NCBI RefSeq assembly: GCF_036365525.1
Contig: NC_090398.1
Location: forward strand, 19,708,936 to 19,772,935
DNA: 64,000 bases
Origin: Heterodontus francisci
Taxonomy: Eukaryota
Direction of reading: 5' to 3'
The number at the start of each line of letters is the position of its first letter. Position 1 is the first letter of the stretch. The notes beneath the pieces were generated by a model, which saw only the letters and a program-made list of their open reading frames with translations, was not told the DNA's origin and searched no databases. Below are positions 12,005 to 24,729 of this stretch, one piece after another. The translations under genes were made by a program, and so were the position numbers.

Positions 12005-13470
12005 TTACAGAATTGTTTCAGTGCAGAAGGAGGCCATTCGGCCAACCGGCTGGCTGAATGAGCATTTCACCGAGTGCCACTCCCCACCTTCTCCCCGTAA
12101 GCCTACACATTCTTCCTTTTCATATAACAGTGGAATTACCTTTTGAATGCTTCAGTTGAACCTGCCTTCACAACACTTTCAGGCAGTGCATTCCAGACCT
12201 TAACCACTCGCTACGTGAAAAAGTTTTTCCTCATTTGGCTTCTGCTTCTTTTACCAATTATTTTAAATCTGTGCCCTCTTATTCTTGAACCTTTCATGAG
12301 TTTTTCGCTGTCTGTTCTGTCCAGACCCCTCATGATTTTGAATACCTGTAACAAAATTCCTCTCAACCTTCTCTTCTCCAAGATAAAAAACAGTTCCAAC
12401 TTCTCCAATCTACCTTCATAACTGAAGTTCCGCATCCCTGGAACCATTCTGGTGAATCTTTTCTGCACTTCTCTAAAGCCTTCACATCTTTCTTAAAGCG
12501 TGGAACCCAGAATTGGATGCAATATGCCAGCTGAGGCTGAACTAGTGTCTTGTACAAGTTCAACATAACCTCCTTGCTCTTGTACCCTCTGCCTCTGTTA
12601 ATAAAGCCGAGGATACTGCATGCTTTATGAACCACTTTCTCAATCTGTCCAGCCACCTTCAATGAACTAACACACATACACATCCAGAGCCCTCTGCTGC
12701 TGCACCCCATTTAGCATTGTATCCTTTATTTTGTGTCGCCTCTCCATACCCTTCCTAACAAAATGTGTCAATTCACATTTCTCTGCATTGAGCTTCATCT
12801 GCCACCTGTCTGCCCATTCCACCAATTTGTCTATGACCTTTTGAAGTTTTACACTTTCGTCTTTACAGTTCACAATGCTTCCACGGTTCATATCATCCAT
12901 CAACTTTGAAATTGTGCCCTGTACACCAAGGTCTAGGTCATTAATATTTCAGGGCCCCAACACTGATCGCTGGGAACTCCACTGTAAACCTTCCTACAGC
13001 CCAAAAACATCAATTACCCACTGCTCTTTGTTTTCTATCACTCAGTCTATTCCACATCCATGTTGCTCCTGTCTAGTTTATTCCATGAGCTATAATTTTC
13101 CTCATAAGTCTGTTATGTGACACTGTATCAAATGCCTTTTGGAAGACCATGTAGACCACATCAGCTACATTATCATTATCAACCCTCTCTGTTATCTCTT
13201 TAAAATACTCCAGCAAGTTCGTTAGATAAGTTTTCCCTTACGAAATCCATGCTGACTTTCTTCAATTAACCCAAATTTGTCCATGTGACTATTAATTTTG
13301 TCCGAACTATTCTTTCTAGAATTTTATTCACCACCGAAGTTAAACTGACTTGCCTGTAGGTGTTGTATCTTTACACCTTCTTTTTGAATAAGGGTCTACC
13401 GTTTGCAATTCTCCAATCCTCTGTCACTACCCCCGAGTCTAAAGAAGACTGACAAATTATGTCCAATGCC
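12005..13470 (-). mobile_element. CR1 LINE RT and 3' end
   Basis: Minus ORFs EWADRWQMKLNAEKCE, YKTLVQPQLAYCIQFW and QKRFTRMVPGMRNFSYEGRLEKL. Confidence 0.9.
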
Positions 13471-16400
13471 TCAATGGCTAAAGGGTTGGCAGCTGAAAGT
13501 GTAATTATGTATTACCTCAGCTGGAGTTTATTTCAGCAGAAAAGGAGATGAGGAGTGTGAGTATAAAAGACACCTGGAATGATCAGAGATGACCTTGACT
13601 GTTGTCAAGGCAATAGGATTAGACAGGCCAGTGAGACGGCCAGCACGGGGCTGATCGTGAATATGTTTTAAGAAGTTTATTATGAGAAACGTTGAGAGAC
13701 TTCAGGAGGACAGTTTAAATAAAATCACCATAACTAACATTATAGTAGGATCAGCAAAGCTTATGTCAGAGTTCAGTCATCATCGTTAATGTTCGAGTAT
13801 GACCATGACCAGCAATGATAGAGTGCAGTCAACACCAGTAATAATGGAGTACAGTGATCACCAGTAATAATGGAGTACAGTGATCACCAGTGATGGAGTA
13901 CAGTTATCAGCAGTATTGTGTACAGTTATCACCAGTAAAGATGGAGTACAGTGATCACCAGTGATGGAGTACAGTCATCAGCAGTAATGATTGAGTATGA
14001 TCATCACCAGTAATGTTAGGGTATGACCATCAACAGTAATGATGAAATACAGTCATTACCAATAGCAATGAAGTACGGTCTTCACCATTAATATTGGATT
14101 ACAGTCATCACCAGTACTGATGGAGTGCAGTCATCACCATTAATATTGGAGTACGGTCATCACCAGTGATGATCGAGTACAGTCATCAGCAGTAGTGATT
14201 GAGTATAGTCATTACCAGTAATGATGAAGTACAATGGTCACCAGTGATGGAGTACAGTCATCACCAGTAATGATGGAGTATGGTCATCACCATTAATGTT
14301 AGAGTATGACCATCAACAGTAATGATGGAGTACAGTCATCACCAATAGTGATGAAGTACGGTCATCACCACTAATGATGGAGTACAGCCATCACCATTAA
14401 TGTTAGAGTTATGACCATCACCAGTTGTGATGGAGTACAGCCATCACCATTAATGTTAGAGTTATGACCACCACCAGTTGTGATGGAGTACAGTCATCAC
14501 CATTAATGTTAGAGTTCTGACCATCACCAGTTGTGATGGAGTACAGTCATCACCAGTAATGTTAGAGTTATGACCATCATCAGTAGTGATGGAGTACAGC
14601 CATCACCATTAATGTTAGAGTTATGACCACCACCAGTTGTGATGGAGTACAGTCATCACCAGTAATGATGGAGAACAGTCATCACCATTAATGTTAGAGT
14701 TATGACCATCACCAGTTGTGATGGAGTACAGTCATCACCAGTAATGTTAGTGTTATGACCATCATCAGTAGTGATGGAGTACAGCCATCACCAGTAATGT
14801 TAGAGTGATGACAATCACCAGTTGTGATGGAGTACAGTGATCACCAGTAATGATGGAGTACAGTCATCACCAGTAGTGATGGAGAACAGTCATCACCATT
14901 AATGTTAGAGTTATGACCATCACCAGTAGTGATGGAGTACAGTCATCAGCAGTAGTGATGGAGTACAGTCATCACCATTAATATTAGAGTTATGACCATC
15001 ACCAGTAGTGATGGAGTACAGTCATCACCAGTAGTGATGGAGAACAGTCATCACCATTAATGTTAGAGTTATGACCATCACCAGTAGTGATGGAGAACAG
15101 TCATCACCATTAATGTTAGTGTTATGACCATCACCAGTAGTGATGGAGTACAGTCATCACCAGTAGTGATGGAGAACAGTCATCACCATTAATGTTAGAG
15201 TTATGACCATCACCAGTAGTGATGGAGTACAGTCATCACCAGTAGTGATGGAGAACAGTCATCACCATTAATGTTAGAGTTATGACCATCACCAGTAGTG
15301 ATGGAGTACAGTCATCACCAGTAATGATGGAGTACAGTCATCACCAGTAGTGATCGAGTACAGTCATCACCAGTAGTGATGGAGAACAGTCATCACCATT
15401 AATGTTAGAGTTATGACCATCACCAGTAGTGATGGAGTACAGTCATCAGCAGTAGTGATGGAGTACAGTCATCACCATTAATATTGGAGTACGGTCATCA
15501 TCAATAATGATGATAATAGCAGGGTCTCACCAGTAGTGTTACAGAAGGGTTACGGACAATAATTCCTGCAGTCGGTCAATCACTAGCAATGTTAGAATCG
15601 AGTCACCACCAGTAATGTCAGACGAGGTTCACCACCAGCAATGTTACAGTAATGCCCGCCAGCAGTCATGTTAGAGTGGGAATATTACAAGTAACGTTAC
15701 AGTAGGGTCTCACCAGTAATGATAGTGTAGTGTTAGCACCAGTATTTTTACAGTAGGTACAGAACCAGTTGTGTTGGAGTTGGATTATCACCAGTAATGT
15801 TACATTTGGTCTCACTGATCGTGCAGTGTTACCACCAGTAATATTGCAGTAGATCCATCACCAGTTAAGTTAGAGTCGGGTTACCACCAGTAATGTTATA
15901 GTAGGTCCAGCGCCAGTTATGTTAGAGTGGGGTTATCACATGTAATGTTACACCACGGTCCACCAGTAATGATCGATTCATGTTACCACCAGTAATGATA
16001 CAGCAGGTCCATCATCAGCTCTGTTAGAGTGGGGTTATCACCAGTAATATTACAGTAGGTTCGCACCGATAATGATAAAGTAGTGTCACCACCAGTCCCC
16101 CGTCAGCAAGCACATCACCAGTGCTATTAGAGCAGCGTCAGCACACAGAATGTTACAGTATGCATAGAATCAACAGAAGTAGTTAGTCAGTAGTAATGTT
16201 CGAGTCAGGTTATCTCACGCAATGTTAGAGTATGGTCAGCGCTAGCAATATGACAACATTATTCATGTTACTGTAGCATAGCATTCAGTAATGTTAGAAT
16301 AGTAGTACCACCAGCAATGTTAGAGTTGAGTGATCACCAATAACGTAAAGGAGTAATGCTCGCGTAGCGTGTCAAACATCAATATTAAAGAAGAGAGTTC

Positions 16401-17734
16401 GAGTAGGATCACAAGCCTTATTATGGAACAGGAGCACCACCAGCAGTACTTTAGTAGGGTTATCTGAGGTAATGTTGGAATAGGGTCCTCACAAATAATT
16501 CTACTGTACAGTCATCACTAATTATTTAAGAGTTAGATCAGCAACAATAATGATAGACTAACACCATCACAAGTAATGTTAGAGTTGCTTTATCACCTTT
16601 AATGTTCGACTGGAATGCTTATCAGTAATGTTAGAGTAAGCTTACTACCAGCAATGATAGAAAGTGTCTTCTCTAGTAATGTTAACTGAGGTCACTGCCA
16701 AGAAGGTTAGAGTAGGCTTACCACTAGGAATGGTAGGATAGGATCGGACCAGTAATTATAGCGGATGGTCATCACAAGTAATAATACAGTAGAATTAACA
16801 AACAACAACGTTAGAGACGTGGCACAAATTGTAATGTCCGAACAGAAGCAACACCAGGAATGTTAGAACAGAACCACGACCAGAAACGTTATGGTAGGGT
16901 TGCCATAGTGATATTGCAATCTGGTCTTCATCAGTAATGTTAGGATACAGTCATCACCAGTACTGATAAAGTAGTTTCATCTCCTGTAATGATGGAATGG
17001 CGCCCTCACAAGTACTGTTCGAGTAGTATTATCATCAGTAATATTATATGCAATCCACAGCAATAATGTTAGTGTATGGTCATCACCAACAGGTTGCAGA
17101 AGGGTCCTTCTTAGTAATGATACCGTACGGTTACCAGTAGTGTTGCAACAGGTCCATCACCAGTAATATTACACTAGTGTCCCAACAGTCACGATAGAGT
17201 AGTTTTACAACCAGTCATGTAATAGCAGGTTATAACAAGAAATATTACAATCCTATCACGCCAAGCAATGTTTGAGTAAAATCAGCACCAAAAATATTCA
17301 TGTTTCGTCATCACTGGTAGTGTTAGAGTACGTTCACTACACCCAATATTAGATAAGTGTCACCAGGAGCAATATTACAGTAGGGTCACCACCAGCAATG
17401 TTAGAGTAGGATCAACAGCATTTCTATTAATGTAAGGTAACCAGCAGGAAAGGTAGAGTAAGATCACCAGAATTCTAGTGTAGGGGCCTCACCAGTAATG
17501 GTACAGTAGTGTTGCCAGTAATATTAGATTAATGTCACCACCAAGAACGTTATAATAAAGTCAACACAAGCAACGTTAAAGTGGGTTCGTAACCACTAAG
17601 GTTAGTTTATAATCCTCACTAATAAAGTTAAAGCAGGGTTACAATTTGTAATGTTAGAATAATATAACAACCAATCACGCACGAGTAAAAACCAATCACG
17701 CACGAGTAAAATCCTCACCAGCAGAATACAGAAC

Positions 17735-18350
17735 CAACATGGATTTATTAAAAGGGAAATCTAGTTTAAAAAAGCTGTTGGAGTTCTATGAGGAATTTTA
17801 TGAGAAACAGATAAAGGTGAGGCAGTGGGTGTGGTGTATTTAGATTTTCAGGAGGCTTTTGATATGGCCCCACACAAGAGGTTAATCAACAAAATTTGAG
17901 CACATGGGGTTGGGGTAATATACTGGTATGGATTGAGAATTGGTGAACAGACAAAATACAGACAGTAGGAATAAATAGGTCATTCTCAGCATTGCAGGCT
18001 GTTACTAGTGAGGTACCACAAGATCAGTGCTGGGGCCACAGCTGTTCAAAATCTATATAGATGATTTGGGGACATAGTCTCAGAGGAAGAGGTAGGCCAT
18101 TTAAGACTGAGATGAGGAAGAATTTCTTAACGCAGAGGGTGGTGAATCTTTCTAATTCTCTGCCCAAGAGTTGCATCATTGAGCATGTTCAAGACCGAAA
18201 TCGATAGATATCGAGATACTAATGACATCAAGGAATATTGGGATACCGCGGGAAATTGGCTTTGAGGTAGATGATCAGCCAAGATCTAATTGAATGGGGA
18301 GCAGGCTCGACTGGTTGAATGGCCTACACCTGCTTCTATGTTCCTAGCAA
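17735..18350 (+). mobile_element. CR1 LINE fragment with internal deletion and 3' end
   Basis: QHGFIK..., VVYLDFQEAFD and GPQLFKIYIDD peptides, then a jump to the 3' end (aatggcctacacctgcttctatgttcct). Confidence 0.8.
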
Positions 18351-18377
18351 TATTAAAGTACAGCATCCACAGATAAT

Positions 18378-18718
18378 GACACAGTGGCGCAGTGGTTAGC
18401 ACTGCAGCCTCACAGCTCCAGCGACCCGGGTTCAATTCTGGGTCCTGCCTGTGTGGAGTTTGCAAGCTCTCCCTGTGTCTGCGTGGGTTTCCTCTGGGTG
18501 CTCCGGTTTCCTCCCACATGCCAAAAAGACTTGCAGGTTGATAGGTAAATTGGCCATTATAAATTGCCCTTAATATAGGTAGGTGATAGGGCAATATCGG
18601 GACGTGGTAGGAATATGGAATTAGTGTAGGATTAGTATAAATGGGTGGTTGATGGTCGGCACAGACCTGGTGGGCCGAAGGGCCTGTTTCAGTGCTGTTT
18701 CTCTAAATAAAAAAAAAT
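18378..18718 (+). mobile_element. V-SINE (HE1-like)
   Basis: Near-identical to 5296-5649; A-rich tail. Confidence 0.9.
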
Positions 18719-20004
18719 CAATAATGTTAGAGTTGGATCAACAGCTGTAATGTTTGTGTACAGTCACCAACATTGCTGTTAGAGTTGTAGCCTCACCAAT
18801 AATTTTACAGTGGGGTTAACACCTATAAAGTTGGACTCGGTTTCTTCCCAGTAATGTTAGAGTTCCCACAAGCAGTGATAAAGTAGTGTCTCCACCATTT
18901 ACATTTGAGCAGGTCGCCACTAAAATGTTAGTATAAGTTCCTCATCAGTAATATCAGGATAAGATTGCACCAGCAATATTAGAGTAGCGTCACCAGCGGT
19001 AATCTTCGAGAAGGCTCACCAACATAAATGTTTGCCTCATGTCATCAGCGGCAGAATTCGGGAAGTCAGCATCACTGATGTTACGGTAGGGTCACCACTA
19101 TTTAAATTCGTGTTGTGTCTTCAGAAGTAAAGTTAAAATAGGATGTCCCAATAATTTTAGCTTCTGGTAAAAGTTAGAATCCATAAAGATTAGGGCAGAG
19201 ATAGCGCCAGTATTTTAGAGCAGTGGCATCATCAGTAATATTCGAGAAATAACAGCACAAATAATGCGAGAGTAGGATCACCACCAGTGATGCTATACTA
19301 TGGCCGCCAACAATAATGTTAGAATAATTGTCGCATATATTTGCGACAATTTGCGATTAATGGTCGTGTATATTTACCAACAGCAATATTAGAGTCGGGT
19401 TAACACAAGTAATTTCAAAGTGTGCGCTTCTTCAGCAATGATCCAGTATGCTCCTCACCAGTAATGTTAGAACAGGGTGACTAACGGTAATGTTAGAAGA
19501 GGATCACCCCCAGTAATGTCAAAGTAGGTTCATCCTCAGTAATGGTAGAATAAGGCCGTTACTGCTAATTATAGAACAGGATTATCTGCAGACATGCTAA
19601 AGTACAGTCATCACTAGTGATACTAGAACTGATACATCACCAGTAAGGTAAGAGAAACGTCACCAGTGGTGTTAGAACGTAATCACTGTTATCATCACAG
19701 TATATAACAATTTAAATTTACAATGGATGTGAATATTTCACTGAATTATTATGGGGCCCCAAGAACCTAACGCAGTGTCAGGAAGGTATGCTCCCTTCAG
19801 AGTTCATGGGGCAGACACAGCGCACCTACCAGTTGGGGTAACTTTCCATTATGAATTTCTAGGGCAGGAGTTTCATGGACTGAGCTACAACATCTTTGGC
19901 TTTCAGGGCGTACTGAAGCGGACAGCAGCTCCTTGTTTGTTCAGTGACTGTAACTAACGTTCCTAATTGTGCAACTTTGCTTACCCAACAGGGCATGAAT
20001 TTTC

Positions 20005-20011
20005 TATAAGA
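20005..20011 (+). promoter_or_regulatory. Candidate TATA box of GPCR copy 2
   Basis: TATAAGA ~80 nt upstream of ATG 20088; copy 3 has a TATA at the same spacing. Confidence 0.5.
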
Positions 20012-20087
20012 GGGTAACGTTAATGATTTCAGCCAAACGGGTGTTGGAAACGTAAAACTGGAAAGAGTTCCAGAATTCACACTAAAA

Positions 20088-20157
20088 ATGTTACCGCCAA
20101 TGATTCTACTGATAAGGGACATTTACTACTCTATTCTCACAGTCTTGGGTGCTCCTG
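20088..20157 (+). CDS. GPR139/GPR142-like GPCR copy 2, coding exon 1 (MLPPMILLIRDIYYSILTVLGAP)
   Basis: The YYSIL..LG.P pattern resembles the start of GPR139 TM1. Ends CCT G|GTAAG (phase-1 donor) and joins in frame to exon 2 (G+CA = Ala, NLLTIVIL). Confidence 0.85.
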
Positions 20158-20762
20158 GTAAGTCGATATATCCTGTTGTCCAATAGCTGTTGACAACATA
20201 ACTGTTAATGGTTACATAACAGATGCTGTGAATGCCCTCATTGCTGAGTCACATATCTGAAGGGATATGTGGGTGAATATCAATGGGAATCCCACTGGTC
20301 TGCGTGGCTGGTGAGTCTCTGTTCTGGTCAGTACTTCCTCGCACGGGGTGATCAGCTGTCTTATCCTGTACTGAGGGAGGTCGATGCTGCTTTCTCGCCC
20401 TTCAAACGGTACATAAATCGTGAAAGAATGTTTTATTGACTGGCCATGACAATTATCTCACTGGTACGGTTGCGTCTTGTCTATTTACAGTTGCTAATTC
20501 ATGGGCTTGCAGCTTGCTCCACCTAACAGGGACTTTGAAAGATATTTTGAGAAATAATTGCGGCTGAAGGAGCTGCTTCTCTCCCCTTGGCTACAAAGAG
20601 CTTTTGCGGTTAAACTCAGTTCCTGAGCAGTTCCATCGGGCAGATTATGAATAGAAAAAGCACAGACTTTTGAATAAATTGAACGTTCTGTCTAAGTTGA
20701 ATGTTTTAGTTGAATTCATATCTTTGTAACAATTATTTTGAAATTGTATTGAATAATACTAA

Positions 20763-21096
20763 GGGCGGCACAGTGGCTAGCACCACAGCCTCACAGCTCC
20801 AGCGACTTGGGTTCGGTTCTGAGTACTGCCTGTGCAGAGTTTACAAGTTCTACCTGTGACCGCGTGGGGTTGCTCCGGTTTCCTCCTACGTGCCAAAGAA
20901 TTGTGGGTTGGTAGGTAAATTGGCCATTGGAAAAAGGAAATGCCCCTAGTGTAGGTAAATGGTAGGAGCATTGTGGGGATGTGAGAGCGAAAAATGGGAT
21001 TAATACAGGATCGGTATCAATGGGTGGCTGATGGTCGGCACGGACTTGGTGGCCCGTAGTTGACCTGTTTCAGTGCTGTATCTCTCTATGACTCTA
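20763..21096 (+). mobile_element. V-SINE (HE1-like, more diverged) in the intron of GPCR copy 2
   Basis: tRNA-like head, V-domain and CR1-like tail ending ctatgactcta. Confidence 0.85.
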
Positions 21097-21850
21097 ATTT
21101 GATGCCGATCCAGAGATTCTGCTCTCCAAATGAAGAAAGGAATTAAACGGAAATTTCAAACATGTATTGGTCCATGGCGCTGCAGTGTTAACTTATAAAA
21201 GGTGGTCGGTGTCTTGAATGGGCCAAGTCTCGTGTCAGATGGTTTTAGTGTTCAACACTGCAATGAACTATATATTTGCATTTATGTTCAGGAACCGGTT
21301 TGTTTATTGACGGTGAAAATTAACAAGTCATAGAACCATCCAAAGCTTTGCTTTAAGAGGCTTTTCTCGAGAACTACACCATTTCTACGATTTACCCTGG
21401 CTTGGCCAGGACCGCACATTATAGGGTAAATGAAGCCTCAAACTAGTATCCGAGGTGATAGCCATTGAGATTAAACTGACAGAGACGTATGACACATGAC
21501 TGATATAATGTCGTCATATTTATTATACCGCCCAAAGTGCATTGTATCCACTCTCAGTCATCAGTGCCTGGGTGTCGGCAGTAGTGGAATTGTTTTCTCT
21601 CACCATTAATAAGACTGATTCCGAGTAACCCTCCCCTCACTACTCTGACAATATCTGATTGAAGTATGCTGGAAGGACGGCGGCCTTCCAGTCTCCCTAT
21701 ATTGTGTTTAATGGTTTCTTTCTTTCGAACATCATGTCGTCACAACTCCTCTAAAACATTACAAATCACTGTCTATAACTCTAAGTAGAATAACATGCCA
21801 ACTGTTATCGATTGTCCTCTTTATTTAACTCTTCTCCCTCTTTCGTGCAG

Positions 21851-22788
21851 CAAACCTGTTGACAATAGTGATTCTGTCCGGAGGAAATTGCGGTCTTTCC
21901 AAATGTATTTCGCTCTACATGGTGGCCATGGCAACAGCAGATCTAATGGTCATGATCTTCAATGTAATAGTTTATCACATTTTTACATATCACTTCCCAC
22001 ATTCTTTCCTATCCTACACTGGCGTTTGTAAGTTTATTCTGTACATGAATACTGTCACCCTGCATATATCAGTGTGGTTTACTGTCTCTTTCACATTTGA
22101 CCGATTTGTAGCGATATGTTGTGAGAAGTTTAAAACAAAGTATTGCACTGTGAGAACTGCGACCACGGTTGTAACAATGGTCTCTGCCCTGTTATGTTTA
22201 CAGACACTTCCGTTCTTCTTTGCATATAAGCCTGAACAAATAATAAATAATATTCATTGGGGTTGTCACCCAAGAATGGATTTTTTTTCATCGCCAGCAG
22301 GTGTTGCCTATTCCTGGTTGCAAACGGTGTTAATTCCATGGCTTCCTTTTGTTTTGATATTATTGTTTAATTGTTTGACAGTCAAATGTATTTTAGTGGC
22401 CAGCAGAGTTCGCAGGGGATTCCGGACTCACATCGATGATAATCAGAGCGATCCTGAGATGGAGAACAGAAGGAAGTCCATTATTTTACTGTTCACAGTA
22501 TCGGGCAGTTTTATACTGCTGTGGCTGACATCAGCGGTGAGTTTTATAGCTACCGGTCTGGTAAACACAGCACATTACAGAGGTGACTATGCCGCTCCTG
22601 AATACATCGCCACTGAAACTGGATATATGCTCATGAACATGAGTTCATGTACAAACACGTGTATTTATGCAGCTACACAAACTAAATTCAGAGAAAAGCT
22701 GAAGAAACTGCTGACAGCTCCTTGGGCATTTATTCTAAAATGGATTTTAAAAATGAAAACTGAAACCAAAGCTTTCTGTTTTAGCTAG
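21851..22788 (+). CDS. GPR139/GPR142-like class A GPCR copy 2, exon 2 (full protein 335 aa, intact)
   Basis: Polypyrimidine tract plus CAG acceptor at 21848-21850. Seven hydrophobic segments, AMATADL (TM2), C-TM3...TFDRFVAIC, ECL2 WGC, TM6 FILLW, TM7 SSCTNTCIY, helix 8 KFREKLK. Confidence 0.93.
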
Positions 22789-23084
22789 CACTCAATTGCA
22801 GTCTGTGTTCCATTTTAGGAAAGGCAGGCTTTCTGTTAGGACGTAATTTGATTGTTTAGTTAGAATGAACAGGTATCAGAAAAATATTTCTTCCACTTCC
22901 TGCCGGGCAATGAATGTCTGCTACATTCCCGAGGTGAACATCGCCATTTCCTGATAAAACAGCACGCTCCCCGCTCAATATTCAAAGAGTTCAGTCACGA
23001 TTGTGTTTCAGCGGTGCAATAGAACATGTATATATTGGAAGCAAACACCACATTAACAGATGAAGTGTCCTTTAGTCTCGGAAC

Positions 23085-23090
23085 AATAAA
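23085..23090 (+). promoter_or_regulatory. Candidate polyadenylation signal of GPCR copy 2
   Basis: AATAAA ~300 nt after the stop codon, followed by a GU/U-rich tract. Confidence 0.45.
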
Positions 23091-24729
23091 GATGGTTCTT
23101 TGTTATTTTTCTGTATTGTTGTTGTGAATGTTGCAGGCCCTAGCATTCCCATTAGCCTTCGTCTCCCCAAGTCCCAATTGACTCCTGAACCAATTAAACA
23201 GGCCTGTATCCTGATCAGTTTCTGACCATGGAGGCAGCATTTATTTCAATCTCAACTGGGCATCAAAATGTTTAAATGTTTTATCTGGGAAATAGACTGT
23301 TGTGCTTGTCCAGTCTTTGCGGAAATTATCATCGACACTAACAATTACTTCCAATCATTGTAACAGCCCACCTCATCATGCCTTCAATATATTTTAATTT
23401 GTGGGTCTTTTCAATTTAATCTTTAATAATAACATTGTTTGTGCCACCGTTACTTTCATTGCCTCAACCATCACCGTTTAAAGGGGTTTCTCTTATCCGT
23501 TGTCCTAATTCCTTTACATTATTATATTTTCTGTGGCCATTAGTTCTTGATCTTTCAGCTAATGGAACAATCTGCCTCTATCGATCCTGCCCCATCACAT
23601 CTTGGACTTCATCACCTGAACACGACTGACCAAAATATCTCAATATAATATCATTACAAAATCAAGTGAAAACCAGAAAAATGCACTCAAGCCAATTAAT
23701 TGATAGTGTTTTCTTGGAACTAATTGAATCATTACTGATATGAAACAAAATGAAACATTGTTTTCTTTTGCTTCTCTCTATCTGAAACATATGGAACATT
23801 CAATCACAAACACATCCAGACATACCAATCTGCAGATAGATAACCCAGAAAGTGCAGCTGTAGCCTGCATAAGAAATCTTGTGGTTCTGACTTTGGGATA
23901 TTGCTGTGTCTGCAGAAGTGACATGTTGTGCATGAAGGAACAAGTGATATGCATGATGAAGATGCCCTGATGAACGGGCCCAGGATATGATCATTCACGC
24001 TGTACCACCCTGACATTAAATGGTTAATATGACTCTGGAGAATGAAAAGGTATGAAAACTAAATGGACCGAGATCTGTGCCCTCCAATAGAACTAAATAG
24101 ATACATGACCCTGATCGGATGTTGACCAAATTTGGCTTGAAAAAAGAAAACGCCAATAGGTGGGGGAGGGATCATTGGCGATGAGGAATGCGTTAATCGG
24201 ATTTCTTCTGACATTTGATAATGTTCTCATTTGTTGGTTTCTTTTTAGATTGTAGAAATATTAACGTTTAACCCGTTCTCGTTAAGCAAGGAAGTACAAG
24301 TCAATTTAAAACACCACGAGGTTGATGGAGAGGGATGGACAACAAGGAACGGCTTGTAATAAGTATTTAACTTTGTTCAAAGCCGAAGATGCAGAGCTCA
24401 AAACAGTAACCCGTTTCAATCGGTAAGAAAGCAACATTAGGGGCTGAAATTTGTAACTTTCAAGTCTATGTTTAAATACTGCATGTTCTGCGTGTTCAAC
24501 AAACCCGTGCCATCTCATCGCAGTGTTCAGAAACCTTATTGAGAACCTGACATAAACAAAGTTCTTCAGTTGGGAATGCACTTCGTTTATTAATTGTGAG
24601 TAACTTTACCCTTTTCCCGCCATCTTTTAATGTTTCGGGTCAACCCGAGGCTCAAAAGCCACACTCCACACGCGTTCCTCTTTCCCTTCAACTGTGGCTC
24701 TACCAATCCAAAAAATACCAAAATAAAAG

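Larger units (their letters stand above)
13700..19700 (+). repeat. Satellite array, 26-27 bp monomer (GTCATCACCAGTAATGATGGAGTACA); homogeneous core ~14370-15490 with degenerate flanks; interrupted by CR1 and SINE at ~17735-18718
   Basis: Directly visible tandem repetition; no ORF of 60 aa or more in the track across 13120-18286. Confidence 0.95.

Noticed and set aside
14370-15490. CRISPR-like regular array
   Set aside because: Head-to-tail monomers with no unique spacers, no cas genes, and a vertebrate context; it is a satellite.
21859-22788. ORF-track starts (21859, 42194, 58489) as true initiation codons
   Set aside because: They are non-ATG codons at or near splice acceptors; the real starts lie in upstream 70-nt exons (found for copies 2 and 3).
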